Source: a plasmid. From it: DNA of 64,000 bases. Made by a program: the position numbers and the translations under genes. Positions 17,071 through 27,407 of this stretch are shown piece by piece (position 1 is the first letter of the stretch; every line of letters begins with the position of its first letter). The notes under the pieces were generated by a model. The model saw only the letters and a list, made by a program, of their open reading frames with translations, searched no databases and was not told where the DNA came from. The stretch lies in sequence record NZ_CP014126.2; one strand, written 5' to 3'.

Positions 17071-17679
17071 ATGAAACTTCAGATAAAAGAAACGCGCCAC
17101 CGCGTGGTGGTATACACGCTCACGGGACTCGTCGCCCTCGTCTTTCTTCTTGCTGTTGCCTGTGGCATTACCGGTGCAATGGCTTGGTATTTTGCTCACA
17201 CGCAGAAAACCATCACCACTCCGATGACATTCGACAGACCATTTGTCTCCGATGTAACAGCCGGAGACGCAGCGCTGAATAGCATGCTTGTACGATCACT
17301 CGTTAACCTGCGTCTCAACGTCACGCCAGAAACGGTCGATCGCCAGCACGAGCTTCTTCTGAGTTTTGTAACTCCTGAAGCACGCTCTGAAATGAAAAAG
17401 GTGTTGGCTACCGAATCCGCATATGTGAAAAAAAATGGTATTGCCAGTGTGTATAGCATTGAGCAGGAGGCCACTGACCCTAAGACCGGCGATATCACGG
17501 TCGGAGGGACACTTCGAGCCAGTACTACAAACGGCAGCGTCAGCGTTGATCTGCCTGTTGCCAGGCAGGCCTGGCGGCTTCGTCTCCACTACGTAAATGG
17601 CCTAATCCGACTTGAAGCCTTTCCCGAAGTGTCCTGGTCCGCCTCTTTCAACGCAGATAGCTCTGGAAAATCATTATGA
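17071..17679 (+). CDS. traE: TraE (VirB5/VirB8-class pilus assembly protein)
   Basis: GGGAGG RBS. TITTPMTFDRPF and LRLNVTPETVD resemble F TraE. Single N-terminal TM helix. Confidence 0.8.
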   Translation: MKLQIKETRHRVVVYTLTGLVALVFLLAVACGITGAMAWYFAHTQKTITTPMTFDRPFVSDVTAGDAALNSMLVRSLVNLRLNVTPETVDRQHELLLSFVTPEARSEMKKVLATESAYVKKNGIASVYSIEQEATDPKTGDITVGGTLRASTTNGSVSVDLPVARQAWRLRLHYVNGLIRLEAFPEVSWSASFNADSSGKSL

Positions 17680-18407
17680 AAGCACAACTGATTGCCGCGT
17701 TCATCGCCGGTGTCATCCTGACTGGTCCGGTCAGCGCTACCGTACCCGGACCGGCTGGTACTGTATTTGAAAATAATGCGCATCTTAAAGCGATGATGAG
17801 TAATACCAGTCCAAATAAAATTGTTATCGATGGTGAATTGATCACTGGTATTACCGGCCCTGATAACGCCTATAAAAAAGCAAATACTGCCGATGGCGCA
17901 CTGCTGATAACGCCTCTTACGGGGCAGGATTTCACAATCTTCCTTGAAACTGCCAGCGGCGTAGGCGTCTCAATTGATGTATCACCGAAACCGGGAAACG
18001 GGCGCACTCTGCACCTTATTCCGGCAGATGCACCGGTGAAACCTAACCCTGACGCTAAATCATGGGAAGAAAGTCAGCCGTTCCAGAAAATACTGGTGAG
18101 CATTGCTCGCACCGTAGCGAATGGCGAGGTACCTGAAAACTATACCGAGATTAAGGCTTCGCGCGGTCCTGCTTATACCCCCCCCGCTGGCGTGCAGCTG
18201 ACACCTGAACGTCAGTTGGCAGGTTCGCATCTGCGGGTGATGCGTTATCGCATAAAAAATACAGGCTATGTGACCCGGATGCTTAGCGAGAAACAGTTCT
18301 GGCAGAAGGACGTGCGTGCAGTAATGCTCTCAACACAAACGCTTTATGCGAACGGTGAAGGCTTTGTATGGGTGATCTTCTCAACTGATCCGGAGGGCGG
18401 AGCATGA
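17676..18407 (+). CDS. traK: TraK (VirB9-like secretin-type protein)
   Basis: 243 aa with signal peptide. Position and size as in F. Confidence 0.75.
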   Translation: MKAQLIAAFIAGVILTGPVSATVPGPAGTVFENNAHLKAMMSNTSPNKIVIDGELITGITGPDNAYKKANTADGALLITPLTGQDFTIFLETASGVGVSIDVSPKPGNGRTLHLIPADAPVKPNPDAKSWEESQPFQKILVSIARTVANGEVPENYTEIKASRGPAYTPPAGVQLTPERQLAGSHLRVMRYRIKNTGYVTRMLSEKQFWQKDVRAVMLSTQTLYANGEGFVWVIFSTDPEGGA

Positions 18408-19792
18408 GCAATATCAATACCGCAACGCGTCGCCGGCAGTGGGTAATCACCGGTGTGGCCGTCGCGGTTATGCTGGCTGTGGGCGCGGGTATATGGGGGT
18501 ATTCAGAGCATCTTGCGGCACTGAAAAATCCTCCTCCGGCTCCAACCGCAGATCTGACAGGAGCAGGACTCGTCAGCAGTAGTTTTACCGCTGCAGTGTC
18601 AGAGTCCGTACTGACGCAGCAGCAGAACAAGACTGCCTCCCTTGAAAAGGACCTATCTACGCTGTCCAATAATGTCAGTTCACAGAACGAAGCGCTGACG
18701 CGCAAACTCGAACAGATAAGCTCGGCACTGGATAAGCTGCAGAGTCAGACGGACAAACCGCCATCGCAGAACGGGCCTGTCACTTCACAAACCGGACCAG
18801 GGACAACCGCTACTGGTCCAGCCTCGCTGGGACAGTCTGGTCCGGCACAATGGCGCGTAACTAACCCCGGTAACGGTCCGGGAGCAGGGCAGGGGAGTCA
18901 ATTCTATCCTGCACAGAGTCATAGTTTTTATCCCGGTAACGGTACTGTGCGCCCGGGTGGTCTGAGTCGAGATACTTTTACCTACGCTGCGCTCGCAGAG
19001 AAAAAGACAAAGCTTCCCTGGATTCCATCAGGATCGTTTTCAGAAGCGGTAATGATTGAAGGCGCAGATGCCAATGCCAGTGTTACTGGCCAGCAAAATA
19101 CCTCTCCAGTAGTCATTACTTTGTTGGGTGACGTTTCTATGCCCAACGGTAAAACATACAACATGGATCAGTGTCGCGTAACTGGAGAAATTTTCGGTGA
19201 TATTTCCAGCGAACGTGGCGAGGTCCGAACCAAAAACATCAGCTGCATACTGAAAAATGGCAAGCACATCGATATGGCTTTCGACGGTCATGTGTCTTAT
19301 CAGGGCAAGCAGGGTATTCGCGGCAAGCCTGTCATGCGTAATGGTGCAGTACTCGCTAACGCCGGATTTGCAGGGTTGCTATCGGGACTGGGTGAAGGTG
19401 TTCAGGCTGGCTCCACTACTACCGTCGGCATCGGTGCCACAGCTTCGCCAGCTGCAGGTGACATCTTAAGACAGGGACTAGGCGGCGGTGCCAGCAAAGC
19501 AGCAGATACGCTGAGTCAGTACTACATCAAACGCGCCGAGCAGTATCACCCTGTTATTGATATTGGTGCTGGCAACTCCGTGACAGTCGTATTCCAGCAG
19601 GGATTCAGGCTCGAAACCATTGAGGATGCTGAGGCGGAGAAAGCGCTAAAAGACGCGCCACAGGCCACTGTTCAGCAGGCTGCAGCAGTGGTGCCTGCCA
19701 GCGTCAATACAGGTAGTGCACCGGTTCTAAATCCTGATGAAGTACTGCGTCAGGCCAGTCAGTTACGTCTCGGTGATACGATCCCTCAATGA
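18404..19792 (+). CDS. traB: TraB (VirB10-like)
   Basis: 462 aa. N-terminal TM helix, Pro/Gly-rich linker, conserved C-terminal beta-barrel region. Position as in F. Confidence 0.8.
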   Translation: MSNINTATRRRQWVITGVAVAVMLAVGAGIWGYSEHLAALKNPPPAPTADLTGAGLVSSSFTAAVSESVLTQQQNKTASLEKDLSTLSNNVSSQNEALTRKLEQISSALDKLQSQTDKPPSQNGPVTSQTGPGTTATGPASLGQSGPAQWRVTNPGNGPGAGQGSQFYPAQSHSFYPGNGTVRPGGLSRDTFTYAALAEKKTKLPWIPSGSFSEAVMIEGADANASVTGQQNTSPVVITLLGDVSMPNGKTYNMDQCRVTGEIFGDISSERGEVRTKNISCILKNGKHIDMAFDGHVSYQGKQGIRGKPVMRNGAVLANAGFAGLLSGLGEGVQAGSTTTVGIGATASPAAGDILRQGLGGGASKAADTLSQYYIKRAEQYHPVIDIGAGNSVTVVFQQGFRLETIEDAEAEKALKDAPQATVQQAAAVVPASVNTGSAPVLNPDEVLRQASQLRLGDTIPQ

Positions 19793-19803
19793 AGGAGTTT
19801 TCA

Positions 19804-20337
19804 ATGAAACAGTGGTATGTGCTGCAAACGCTTTTTGCACAGGAGAAAAGGGCTGAGGCACATCTTATTAATCAGGGAGTTGAATGTTACCTACCATTTT
19901 TCACCTGTCAGTTACTGGCTGACGGGAAAGTGAAGCCGGTTAAAGCACAACCCCTTTTTCCTGGATATTTGTTTGCAAGGTTTGATCCGGAAGACATTCA
20001 CACAACCACTATAAAATCTACACGAGGCGTATCCACGATTGTTCGGTTCGGAAACCGCATTGCTGTTATGTCTGATGAAGAAATGAATCGCTTAAGGCAT
20101 GGTGCGGACTCGGCAGCGAAGGCTGACATGCAGTCTCCTGCGCATGGTGACAAAGTGTTGATTGCAGGCGGCGTTTTCGGAAACCTCGAAGCTATCTGGC
20201 ATGAGCCTAATGGTGCAAAACGGGCAATATTATTGCTGAATTTTATGGGCCGCCTTATTGAGTTGGATTTGAAAAAGGCCCGATCTGAGGGAATGCAGAT
20301 TAAAAGACTGACAGGCAGTAACCAGGCTGCGGCCTGA
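19804..20337 (+). CDS. RfaH/NusG-family transcription antiterminator paralog
   Basis: GAAGGAG RBS. WYVLQT..., FDPEDIHTTTIKSTRGVSTIVRFG closely matches E. coli RfaH FDPEVIHTTTINATRGVSHFVRFG. KOW-like C-terminus. Confidence 0.8.
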   Translation: MKQWYVLQTLFAQEKRAEAHLINQGVECYLPFFTCQLLADGKVKPVKAQPLFPGYLFARFDPEDIHTTTIKSTRGVSTIVRFGNRIAVMSDEEMNRLRHGADSAAKADMQSPAHGDKVLIAGGVFGNLEAIWHEPNGAKRAILLLNFMGRLIELDLKKARSEGMQIKRLTGSNQAAA

Positions 20338-20364
20338 GTGGTTTGACTCTTGAATATTTGAAAT

Positions 20365-20808
20365 TTGCAGAATATGGAGCATCGTATGAGACACTCATTC
20401 GTTAAAAGAATCATTAAAAATAATAAGTTACTAGTTAGCCTGACTATTACTGTCCTGACTTTCAATATGGTCACGTTGTTTTGGCTCAGGCACAGCGGAT
20501 ATCTGACATGGGAATCATTAAACTGGTCAGTTTTGAGGGTGATTGCTCTGGTCTCAGCATTAATGGCCGCTTTAAATCTTTACCTGCTCTTGAAACGCGA
20601 CGAACTGAGCTCCGTCTACCTTTTACCTGCTTCGGTTCCCTGGCTAATGGCGATGCTTTGGTACGTTTGCAAGAGTGTTTGGTATTGGTCGCTTCCTTCC
20701 TCTCCGGTTCAATATTTAATTTTTGGTGCGCTGGGAAGTTTCTTCTTCACTCTGGCTGTTGTAGCTGCAATGGCTAACCAACATGAAAGTATGGATAAAC
20801 GGATTTAG
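20365..20808 (+). CDS. inner-membrane hypothetical protein (4 predicted TM; occupies traP/trbD/trbG position)
   Basis: Hydrophobic segments. No recognisable similarity to F TraP. Confidence 0.3.
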   Translation: MQNMEHRMRHSFVKRIIKNNKLLVSLTITVLTFNMVTLFWLRHSGYLTWESLNWSVLRVIALVSALMAALNLYLLLKRDELSSVYLLPASVPWLMAMLWYVCKSVWYWSLPSSPVQYLIFGALGSFFFTLAVVAAMANQHESMDKRI

Positions 20809-21000
20809 TGCAACGCAACAAGCGATTATGAACGGTCAGATACCGCGTTACTCCGGGTTTTACTCAGCTGAGTAAAACCCGGAAGTTATAGAAAAACGTC
20901 ATATTGCAACCTTCACCTGCTCTTTTACTGCTCGTTCAGTTTAATCCCAACGCACCACTCCCTTATCAACTGCGGCCCTTCCGTATCTGAGGAAACTACT

Positions 21001-21549
21001 ATGCAAAAATTATTTGCGTGCGCACTGTTGTGCGCTGCGCTGACCGGCTGCGCCGGTATGAACTCTGATTTTGACTGCAACAAAACTGCGACCGATCAGT
21101 GTCTGTCGATGTCCGATGCCAGCAAACTGGCATCGAAGCATAAAAGCCTGGACGATCTGAGCGCAGAGAAGGAGGCCGGCCCAAAGCCTGCCGCTGAGGC
21201 GCTGGCGACGCCCGGCAATGCGAAATCCGCCATCAACCCTTACCGCTCTGTTAGCGTGGCCTCTCTGTCACCGCGCCCCATATCCGGACAGATTGCTAAT
21301 TCCGGGGACATCCGGGCATCAACACTGCCGGTCCACTCCGCATCACTGTCCGGAACCTCAGTCGCTGCAGCCGATGCCAACGGGCCCGGACATGCAGACG
21401 CACGTCGTATTCCTGACGCCACTCAGAGATTGTGGATTGCGCCTTGGGTGGATGAGCAGGACAGCTTCCATCAACCCGCTGTGGTTGAATTTGTTAAGCA
21501 GAAATCCCGCTGGGATGAAGACTTTCGCGTGATTAGCGAGGGAGAGTAA
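21001..21549 (+). CDS. traV: TraV lipoprotein (VirB7-like)
   Basis: Lipobox LTGCAG. FDCNKTATDQC matches F FECNATTSDTC. C-terminal LWIAPWVDEQDSFHQP matches F LWIAPYIDNQDVYHQP. Confidence 0.85.
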   Translation: MQKLFACALLCAALTGCAGMNSDFDCNKTATDQCLSMSDASKLASKHKSLDDLSAEKEAGPKPAAEALATPGNAKSAINPYRSVSVASLSPRPISGQIANSGDIRASTLPVHSASLSGTSVAAADANGPGHADARRIPDATQRLWIAPWVDEQDSFHQPAVVEFVKQKSRWDEDFRVISEGE

Positions 21550-21642
21550 TGAATAAACATTTTCCCTTCAAATCACGACATGAAACGTTCTCGCCCGACG
21601 CAGCCGGTGCTGCTCGGGGAGCGATAAAATCTGGAGAATGGC

Positions 21643-24288
21643 ATGCTCAATAACGTTATCGATCATCTTGCCGGCATTCTCAGCAGCGGGCGAGGTGAGG
21701 GCGGGGCAAAAGAAGCTGCCGCCATGCTACGTCAGAACTTCAATTATCCGTCTCTGAGTGGTCTGTTCCCCTGGCGCGCTTATGACGATACAACCGAACT
21801 CTACGTCAATAGCCGTTCCATTGGATTCGTTATGGAAGTGGCACCGCTGGCAGGTGCAAATCAGCAGGTGGTGCAGGCACTGGATGATCTGCTGCGCAAA
21901 ACATTACCCCGCAAAACTCCCGTCACAGTGTTGATGGTCGCCAGTAAGTGTGTTGGAGATCTGCTGGATGAGGGGCTTAGTCGAGATATGTGGAAAGGCA
22001 ATATGGCTCCACAACTCAATGCGATTACTAAGGCTTTTTGGGAGCGCTCAGCACTCAAGGGGTTGGCGAATAATCGCGATTATCCGCTGTACCTTCGTAA
22101 CTACCGCGTTTTTCTGGTGTACGCACAGGCCGGACGTGGTGGTATTCGGGCTATGGAAGAGGCAGTTCAGATGGGTAAAACGCTGCGCGTTTCGTTGCAG
22201 GCAGCCCATATGGATACCCGCCGCGTCGGGCCAGAAGAGTTTCTTTCTGTGGTTCGTGAGCAGCTCAACTACCGGCCGGGGCAGGTCACTACGAGTAATA
22301 AACAGTGGAACAGTGATCAAGAGCTGCACCGCCAGTGTGTTGACCCCAGCACAGAGCTTGAAGTGCATCCCGGTTTTCTTCGGCTAACCACGGCTCTTCA
22401 GCCGGAAGATCGAACCCTCGATAAAAGCGAAACTGATGGTGTCGCTCGTACACGCATTGTCAGTCTGCAGCTGACCCGAACACCCGCGAAGTTTGCGCTG
22501 TGGCAGGCTTCAGACAACCTGCAGAATATGCGTTTCCCGGATCTTGGTATTCCCTGCCCGTTTATTCTGAGCTGGACGGTATGCGTTGAAGATCAGGTAA
22601 AAAGTCAGAACTCTGCATTCAGCAAAGAGCAGGACCTGGGTAAGAAAGCAGGAACCTCTTATGCGAAGCTGTTTCCTGGTACCGAACGTGCTTATCAGGA
22701 GTGGCGCGGACTGCGTCAGGAACTGGCCAACAATGAAATCGCCATGTGCGATATGTCACTGAATCTCACACTCTTTACACCGGATGATGCGAGCGAGCAG
22801 AAAAAATGTGAGCTGGCAGCCATCAATGTGTTCCGTAAAAACGAGCTTGAAATAGCAGCACCGCGCTTTCAGCAGTTACGCAACTGGCTTACCACTTTGC
22901 CGTTTATGATGCAGGAGGGTTTATGGGACGATATGCGTCAAATGGGAGCGACACTCCGCTGTAAAACGTTTAATGCAGTCAATCTTATGCCCGTAGTTGC
23001 CGAACGGCAGATGTCGCCGCGCGGTATTCCGCTGGCCACTTATCGCAACCAGTTGGCCTTTTTCGACATGTTCAGCAAGCACAACGGAGCCAGTAACTTT
23101 AACTGTGCCGTGACGGGCACGTCAGGTGCGGGCAAGAGTTTCCTTATCCAGGGAATCCTGCGAGAGGTACTGAATACCGGGGGCTTTGGCTGGGTAATAG
23201 ACATGGGGGGTAGCTACAGGAACTTCTGCCGTCAGGCGGGTGGGGCATATCTTGATGGGGAAACGTTGCGCTTTAATCCGTTTGCCAATGTCACAGACAT
23301 CAGCGAGTCATCCGAGGGCATAACTGGTCTGATGGCCGTTCTGGCAAGTCCGCAGGGAAATCTGGATGAGATCAGTGAGGCTATTCTGCAGAAAGGAGTG
23401 GTCGCGGCCTATGAAGCGAAGCAGAACAAGGCGCGTATTGACGACGTAGTCCATTATCTTGAATCGTCAGATGTGACTGAAAAATATGCCAGCCAGCCAA
23501 CCATAATGAGTCGAATCAACGAACTGGTACTGCTGCTGGATCAATGGTGTACCTGGGGAGCCAACGGCGAATATTTTAACTCAGATGAACCTACTCTTGA
23601 CGGTGAAACACGGTTTACTGTGCTGGAGCTGCAGGGACTGGAGAAACGACCGAATCTTTTGTCCGCGGTGCTGTATTCGCTCATTTTGGCGATCCAGGAA
23701 AAGATGTACCACTCACCTCGTAGTCTGAAAAAAGTGGCCATTATCGATGAGGCCTGGCGTCTGTTCAGTGGACAGAACCCACATGCAGCACGCTTTATCG
23801 AAAAAGGCTATCGCACGGTTCGCCGCCATCGAGGCGCATTTATCACCATCACCCAGGGCATGAAAGACTTTACCGGATTACCGGGAGAGCCTGCTCCTTC
23901 CGCCGCCGCCGCCGCGTGGGACAACAGCGGAACAAAAATCACGCTACTGCAGGAGGCGAAAGCGCTGAAAACCTACCTCAATGCTAACCCCGATCAGTTC
24001 AGTGAGATGGAAACGGAAATTATTCGTGGATTCCAGAAGGCAATTCTTACGGGATACAGCTCCGCAATGATTTCAATGGGAGAGCAGAGTTCATTTTACC
24101 GCGTGTTTGTTGACCCGCTTACGCGAGCCCTCTTCAGCACCACGGGAGAGGACTATGAATACATGACGGAGGCACAGAATGCAGGAGCGACCAGCGAGGA
24201 AGCTGCGTGGCTTCTGGCCTGTGAACCACACATGTATCAGGCCGAAATGCAGGAACTGCAGTTATGGGCTGGCCTGACTGTAACCTGA
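21643..24288 (+). CDS. traC: TraC (VirB4-family T4SS ATPase)
   Basis: Walker A GTSGAGKS. Extensive colinearity with F TraC (LRFNPFANITD, RIDDVV, YFNSDEP, ITITQ). Confidence 0.95.
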   Translation: MLNNVIDHLAGILSSGRGEGGAKEAAAMLRQNFNYPSLSGLFPWRAYDDTTELYVNSRSIGFVMEVAPLAGANQQVVQALDDLLRKTLPRKTPVTVLMVASKCVGDLLDEGLSRDMWKGNMAPQLNAITKAFWERSALKGLANNRDYPLYLRNYRVFLVYAQAGRGGIRAMEEAVQMGKTLRVSLQAAHMDTRRVGPEEFLSVVREQLNYRPGQVTTSNKQWNSDQELHRQCVDPSTELEVHPGFLRLTTALQPEDRTLDKSETDGVARTRIVSLQLTRTPAKFALWQASDNLQNMRFPDLGIPCPFILSWTVCVEDQVKSQNSAFSKEQDLGKKAGTSYAKLFPGTERAYQEWRGLRQELANNEIAMCDMSLNLTLFTPDDASEQKKCELAAINVFRKNELEIAAPRFQQLRNWLTTLPFMMQEGLWDDMRQMGATLRCKTFNAVNLMPVVAERQMSPRGIPLATYRNQLAFFDMFSKHNGASNFNCAVTGTSGAGKSFLIQGILREVLNTGGFGWVIDMGGSYRNFCRQAGGAYLDGETLRFNPFANVTDISESSEGITGLMAVLASPQGNLDEISEAILQKGVVAAYEAKQNKARIDDVVHYLESSDVTEKYASQPTIMSRINELVLLLDQWCTWGANGEYFNSDEPTLDGETRFTVLELQGLEKRPNLLSAVLYSLILAIQEKMYHSPRSLKKVAIIDEAWRLFSGQNPHAARFIEKGYRTVRRHRGAFITITQGMKDFTGLPGEPAPSAAAAAWDNSGTKITLLQEAKALKTYLNANPDQFSEMETEIIRGFQKAILTGYSSAMISMGEQSSFYRVFVDPLTRALFSTTGEDYEYMTEAQNAGATSEEAAWLLACEPHMYQAEMQELQLWAGLTVT

Positions 24289-24303
24289 TCCGGAGAAATA
24301 ATT

Positions 24304-24750
24304 ATGCATGAAGAAAAAATGTCATCTGCCCGTGCAGATGAGGAAGGCGGTAACGGCCACGTCGCGACGGGTAGCGTCAGAGCAAAAACGTGGTCTCGGC
24401 TGCTTTACAGCCGGAGGTGCAGAACTGCTGTGGCAGGCGCACTGTTAGTAGTGATGAGCGGTGGTGTCAGCGCACTAGTTTCGCAAGCGCTACAGCCAGC
24501 ATACGTTGTGTTTGACATGAAAGGCACTATCGACACTTTTCGCCAGCAAACCGCGCAGCGGCCGATGGAAAAAGATGTGCTTGAGACCCTGACGAAGCGC
24601 TTTGGTGCAGCGCTGGATTCAAGCCTGACGGCCTGGCAGGAAAAACATAATGGCATCGTTCTGGTAAAGGGTGCGGTTGTTGGTGGTGCTCGCGACATCA
24701 CGCCTGACATTCAGGCGGACATTGCGCGTCAGATGCAGGGGACGCAATGA
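24304..24750 (+). CDS. trbI: TrbI
   Basis: C-terminal LTAWQEKHNGIVLV.....GGARDITPDIQADIARQM matches F TrbI. Confidence 0.7.
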   Translation: MHEEKMSSARADEEGGNGHVATGSVRAKTWSRLLYSRRCRTAVAGALLVVMSGGVSALVSQALQPAYVVFDMKGTIDTFRQQTAQRPMEKDVLETLTKRFGAALDSSLTAWQEKHNGIVLVKGAVVGGARDITPDIQADIARQMQGTQ

Positions 24751-25388
24751 ATAGACGCCCGATAGCCAGGCTTCTTGCCACAGTGGTTTTTTTACTCGCT
24801 ACAGCGGTTTCACTGACCGCAGGGGCGAAAGATCTTGGAACCATCGGGCATCTGTTTCCGATCGCCGAGCCGGACCTGCTGACCTTTATCGGCCAGCGAC
24901 TGCAGGGCATGAAAGACAGCGGCGAGATGGACAGGCTGCAGCGCGAGGCCGAAGCGCGTGTAAAGGAGCACGCAGTACGCCCGGCACCAGTGGCTGGGCT
25001 GACGTCGGCGAAGAAAAATAAAACTTTCATGTACGACCCGACATTTACAGTGCGTGAAACTATCCGGGATATGCGTGGAAATATCATTGCCCGGGCCGGC
25101 GATAAGGTTAATCCGCTGGATAAAGTGCCTTATAGCGAAACACTTTACTTCGTTGACGGAGACAACCCTGCGCAAATGGACTGGGTTAAACCACAGCTTA
25201 AGGAAAAGCAAAACTTCAAGGTCATTCTGGTTAAAGGCAATGTGCACGACAGCAGCATCGCTCTGGACGAGCCTGTCTACTTTGATCAGTACGGCACGCT
25301 AACAACAAAATTTGGCTTTGAGCACACGCCTGTACGTATCACACGTGACGGGCGCATGCTCAAAGTAGAGGAGGTGGCGCTGAAATGA
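24747..25388 (+). CDS. traW: TraW
   Basis: Colinear with F TraW (DLGT.G.L.P..EPD.LT.I.QRL......GEM, NPL..VP...TLYF.DGD.PAQ, VYFDQ.G). Confidence 0.85.
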   Translation: MNRRPIARLLATVVFLLATAVSLTAGAKDLGTIGHLFPIAEPDLLTFIGQRLQGMKDSGEMDRLQREAEARVKEHAVRPAPVAGLTSAKKNKTFMYDPTFTVRETIRDMRGNIIARAGDKVNPLDKVPYSETLYFVDGDNPAQMDWVKPQLKEKQNFKVILVKGNVHDSSIALDEPVYFDQYGTLTTKFGFEHTPVRITRDGRMLKVEEVALK

Positions 25389-25675
25389 GTCACAAAATGC
25401 GAGGACGTAAAGCTCCGGAAACTGTAAAAATTCACGCGGCTACTGTGCGTATGGATGATGCTGATAAAGCAAGACTGAGGCAGATGACCAGTGAGCACCC
25501 ACTGTACACAGAATCGGTAATAATCCGAGCTGCATTACAGGCTTTTCTTGCGTATGGCGTCCCGATGCGAACTGAAATTGTACTGGCCTCACTGAATGAA
25601 GGTGATGTAAGCGAACTCATGCGCCGCCACGGCATGCTGCCCACATCCGAGAGTGAGGGAACGCATGCAGTATAA
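25385..25675 (+). CDS. Ribbon-helix-helix (CopG/Arc-like) protein inserted in the tra operon
   Basis: beta-strand/helix pattern VKIHAATVRMDDADKARLRQM. ATGA coupling with traW. Confidence 0.45.
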   Translation: MSHKMRGRKAPETVKIHAATVRMDDADKARLRQMTSEHPLYTESVIIRAALQAFLAYGVPMRTEIVLASLNEGDVSELMRRHGMLPTSESEGTHAV

Positions 25676-26345
25676 CCTTGTCCAGAAGGTGATAGATGAC
25701 TGGCAGAAAACTGAGTCATCATCGGCATCCGTGGCTGCACCGGTTCAGCTGCACCCTGAGCCGGTAATGCAACCGGTATGGACGGCTCCTATCCCGCCTG
25801 CCTGCCGAGCTGAAATTTCACTGGCACCGGAGAGCATCAGTGCATTTACGTCAGGCTTACCGGCTGTGGGTAGTTTCATTGTTCTGATAGCGATGGCCAT
25901 TGTCATCGTCCGTGTAGGAAGGAGAATGACTCCCGAGAGGCCGGACACCATGCGCGTTGTATATGGATCGTCACCTCCGGCCCCCCTTGGCAGTCGTAAG
26001 ATGGCTGACCTGGCAGCCGCTGAGGCAAACAGCCATTACTGGCAATGCATGCTGGCGGCATTTGGCGGCGCGCTGGAGGCCGAAGGCTTTGCGCTTCGTG
26101 CTGAGCCTCGGGCAAAGATCCTGCTGCCTTATGCTGTCCGGGCCCGCGTGGGTATCGCCATCGTAAAAGCGCGTTACCGCTACCTGAACCCGCGCCAGAG
26201 CGACGAAGCTGCAGAGGCGATGCTGCGTGATGCCGAAGAGGATGACTACACCGGCAGCTGGACCGATTGCTGTCAGCGGGGAGCCGAGGCGGCCGGCTGG
26301 TATGTAGTAAGCCGGGGTGATGTCGGTCCACTAAATATGCAATGA
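25653..26345 (+). CDS. hypothetical protein with one predicted TM helix (230 aa)
   Basis: Overlaps the RHH gene. Central hydrophobic segment LPAVGSFIVLIAMAIVIVRVG. Confidence 0.4.
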   Translation: MRERMQYNLVQKVIDDWQKTESSSASVAAPVQLHPEPVMQPVWTAPIPPACRAEISLAPESISAFTSGLPAVGSFIVLIAMAIVIVRVGRRMTPERPDTMRVVYGSSPPAPLGSRKMADLAAAEANSHYWQCMLAAFGGALEAEGFALRAEPRAKILLPYAVRARVGIAIVKARYRYLNPRQSDEAAEAMLRDAEEDDYTGSWTDCCQRGAEAAGWYVVSRGDVGPLNMQ

Positions 26346-26367
26346 CCTTCCTACAGGTATAAAAATT

Positions 26368-26760
26368 ATGAGAAATAAAAATCGCGAACCGGGCCTTATT
26401 CGGGTGATGACGTCACTGGATAACGTTGGTCTGGGTGAGCGACAGAAAACTATTTCGGACCTGCTACACAGCGCGCGGTTCGCCATACAGGAAGGGGATT
26501 ACTTTACCGCACAGCAGCACATTACTGAGACTCTCGGCCAGTTGCGTAAAGCGCGACACAGCCTGCAGGTCTCTGGCGCAGATGAGCTGGAAATTAGTCT
26601 GCTTAATAATGCGATTGCCAGGCTGCTTGCTGTGCAGAAAGAAGGTGGTGCGGACTGGCGTGCTTATTTTTTTGTGTATTTACGTGAGAGCCGATATCCG
26701 CTGTTATTCCTGTTTTTTGTTGCAATATTAGCAATCGTATTCGTAAGGATTACTAGCTGA
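26368..26760 (+). CDS. hypothetical protein with C-terminal TM anchor (130 aa)
   Basis: ORF plus C-terminal hydrophobic tail YPLLFLFFVAILAIVFV. Confidence 0.35.
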   Translation: MRNKNREPGLIRVMTSLDNVGLGERQKTISDLLHSARFAIQEGDYFTAQQHITETLGQLRKARHSLQVSGADELEISLLNNAIARLLAVQKEGGADWRAYFFVYLRESRYPLLFLFFVAILAIVFVRITS

Positions 26761-26860
26761 CAGGTCATCTGCCAGAATTTTGTAACAGGAGGAGGGCCCG
26801 CAGTGGATATCAGCTGGTCTAAAATCTGCGCATGAGTTATCACTTAAAGGAAAACCGGCA

Positions 26861-27241
26861 ATGAAAAAAACGACGCTCAGCCTTCTGTTGTTTGCTGCTG
26901 GCCATGCCTCAGCTGCGCCGTCGCTCATGCAGGCCTGGCCGTCATGCGACATAAAAGCTCAGCATGACGCGAAGGGCGTAACCGGCGGAAGCATCAGAGA
27001 CCCGCTTCAGGCGCATATTTCAGTGCGCGTTAACGTACTGCAGGCCGATATCAGCAACGCCCGCAAGGCGCGTCATTTAACAGAATCTCAATCCGAACAG
27101 CTATGGCGTCATGCAGACCGCATCAGAAAAGATACTGATGGTTATGTGAAGCAGCAGGGATTTCTGAGCGCGGCAGAGCGCGCAAGCTACGACCGTGAAC
27201 TTGACGACATCACCGGCAAACTGTGCCGCGCAGTGAAGTAA
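26861..27241 (+). CDS. periplasmic protein with LTXXQ motif (CpxP/Spy-like)
   Basis: Signal peptide. LTESQ motif. Helical and charged. Confidence 0.4.
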   Translation: MKKTTLSLLLFAAGHASAAPSLMQAWPSCDIKAQHDAKGVTGGSIRDPLQAHISVRVNVLQADISNARKARHLTESQSEQLWRHADRIRKDTDGYVKQQGFLSAAERASYDRELDDITGKLCRAVK

Positions 27242-27297
27242 CATCTACCCGGGTGGCTCTGGCCACCTGAATGCCTTTTCTGCCCACGATGCGCAGG

Positions 27298-27331
27298 CTG
27301 TTCGTTCCTCGCGCCGCTGCGGTACGCCTCA
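27298..27331 (+). repeat. 34-nt conserved motif ctgttcgttcctcgcNNcgctgcggtacgcctca, copy 1 (copy 2 at 49655-49688), each flanked by its own inverted repeat
   Basis: 32/34 identity between the two copies seen directly. Flanks are gcaggctg...cagcctgc here and cttaactactt...aagtagttaag at copy 2. Confidence 0.6.
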
Positions 27332-27407
27332 GCCTGCACCCCGCAGGCAGGCCCGATTAACGTCTGACTCCGGCAGTTCCGCTGCCGTCATTACGGAACC
27401 TCACCCT

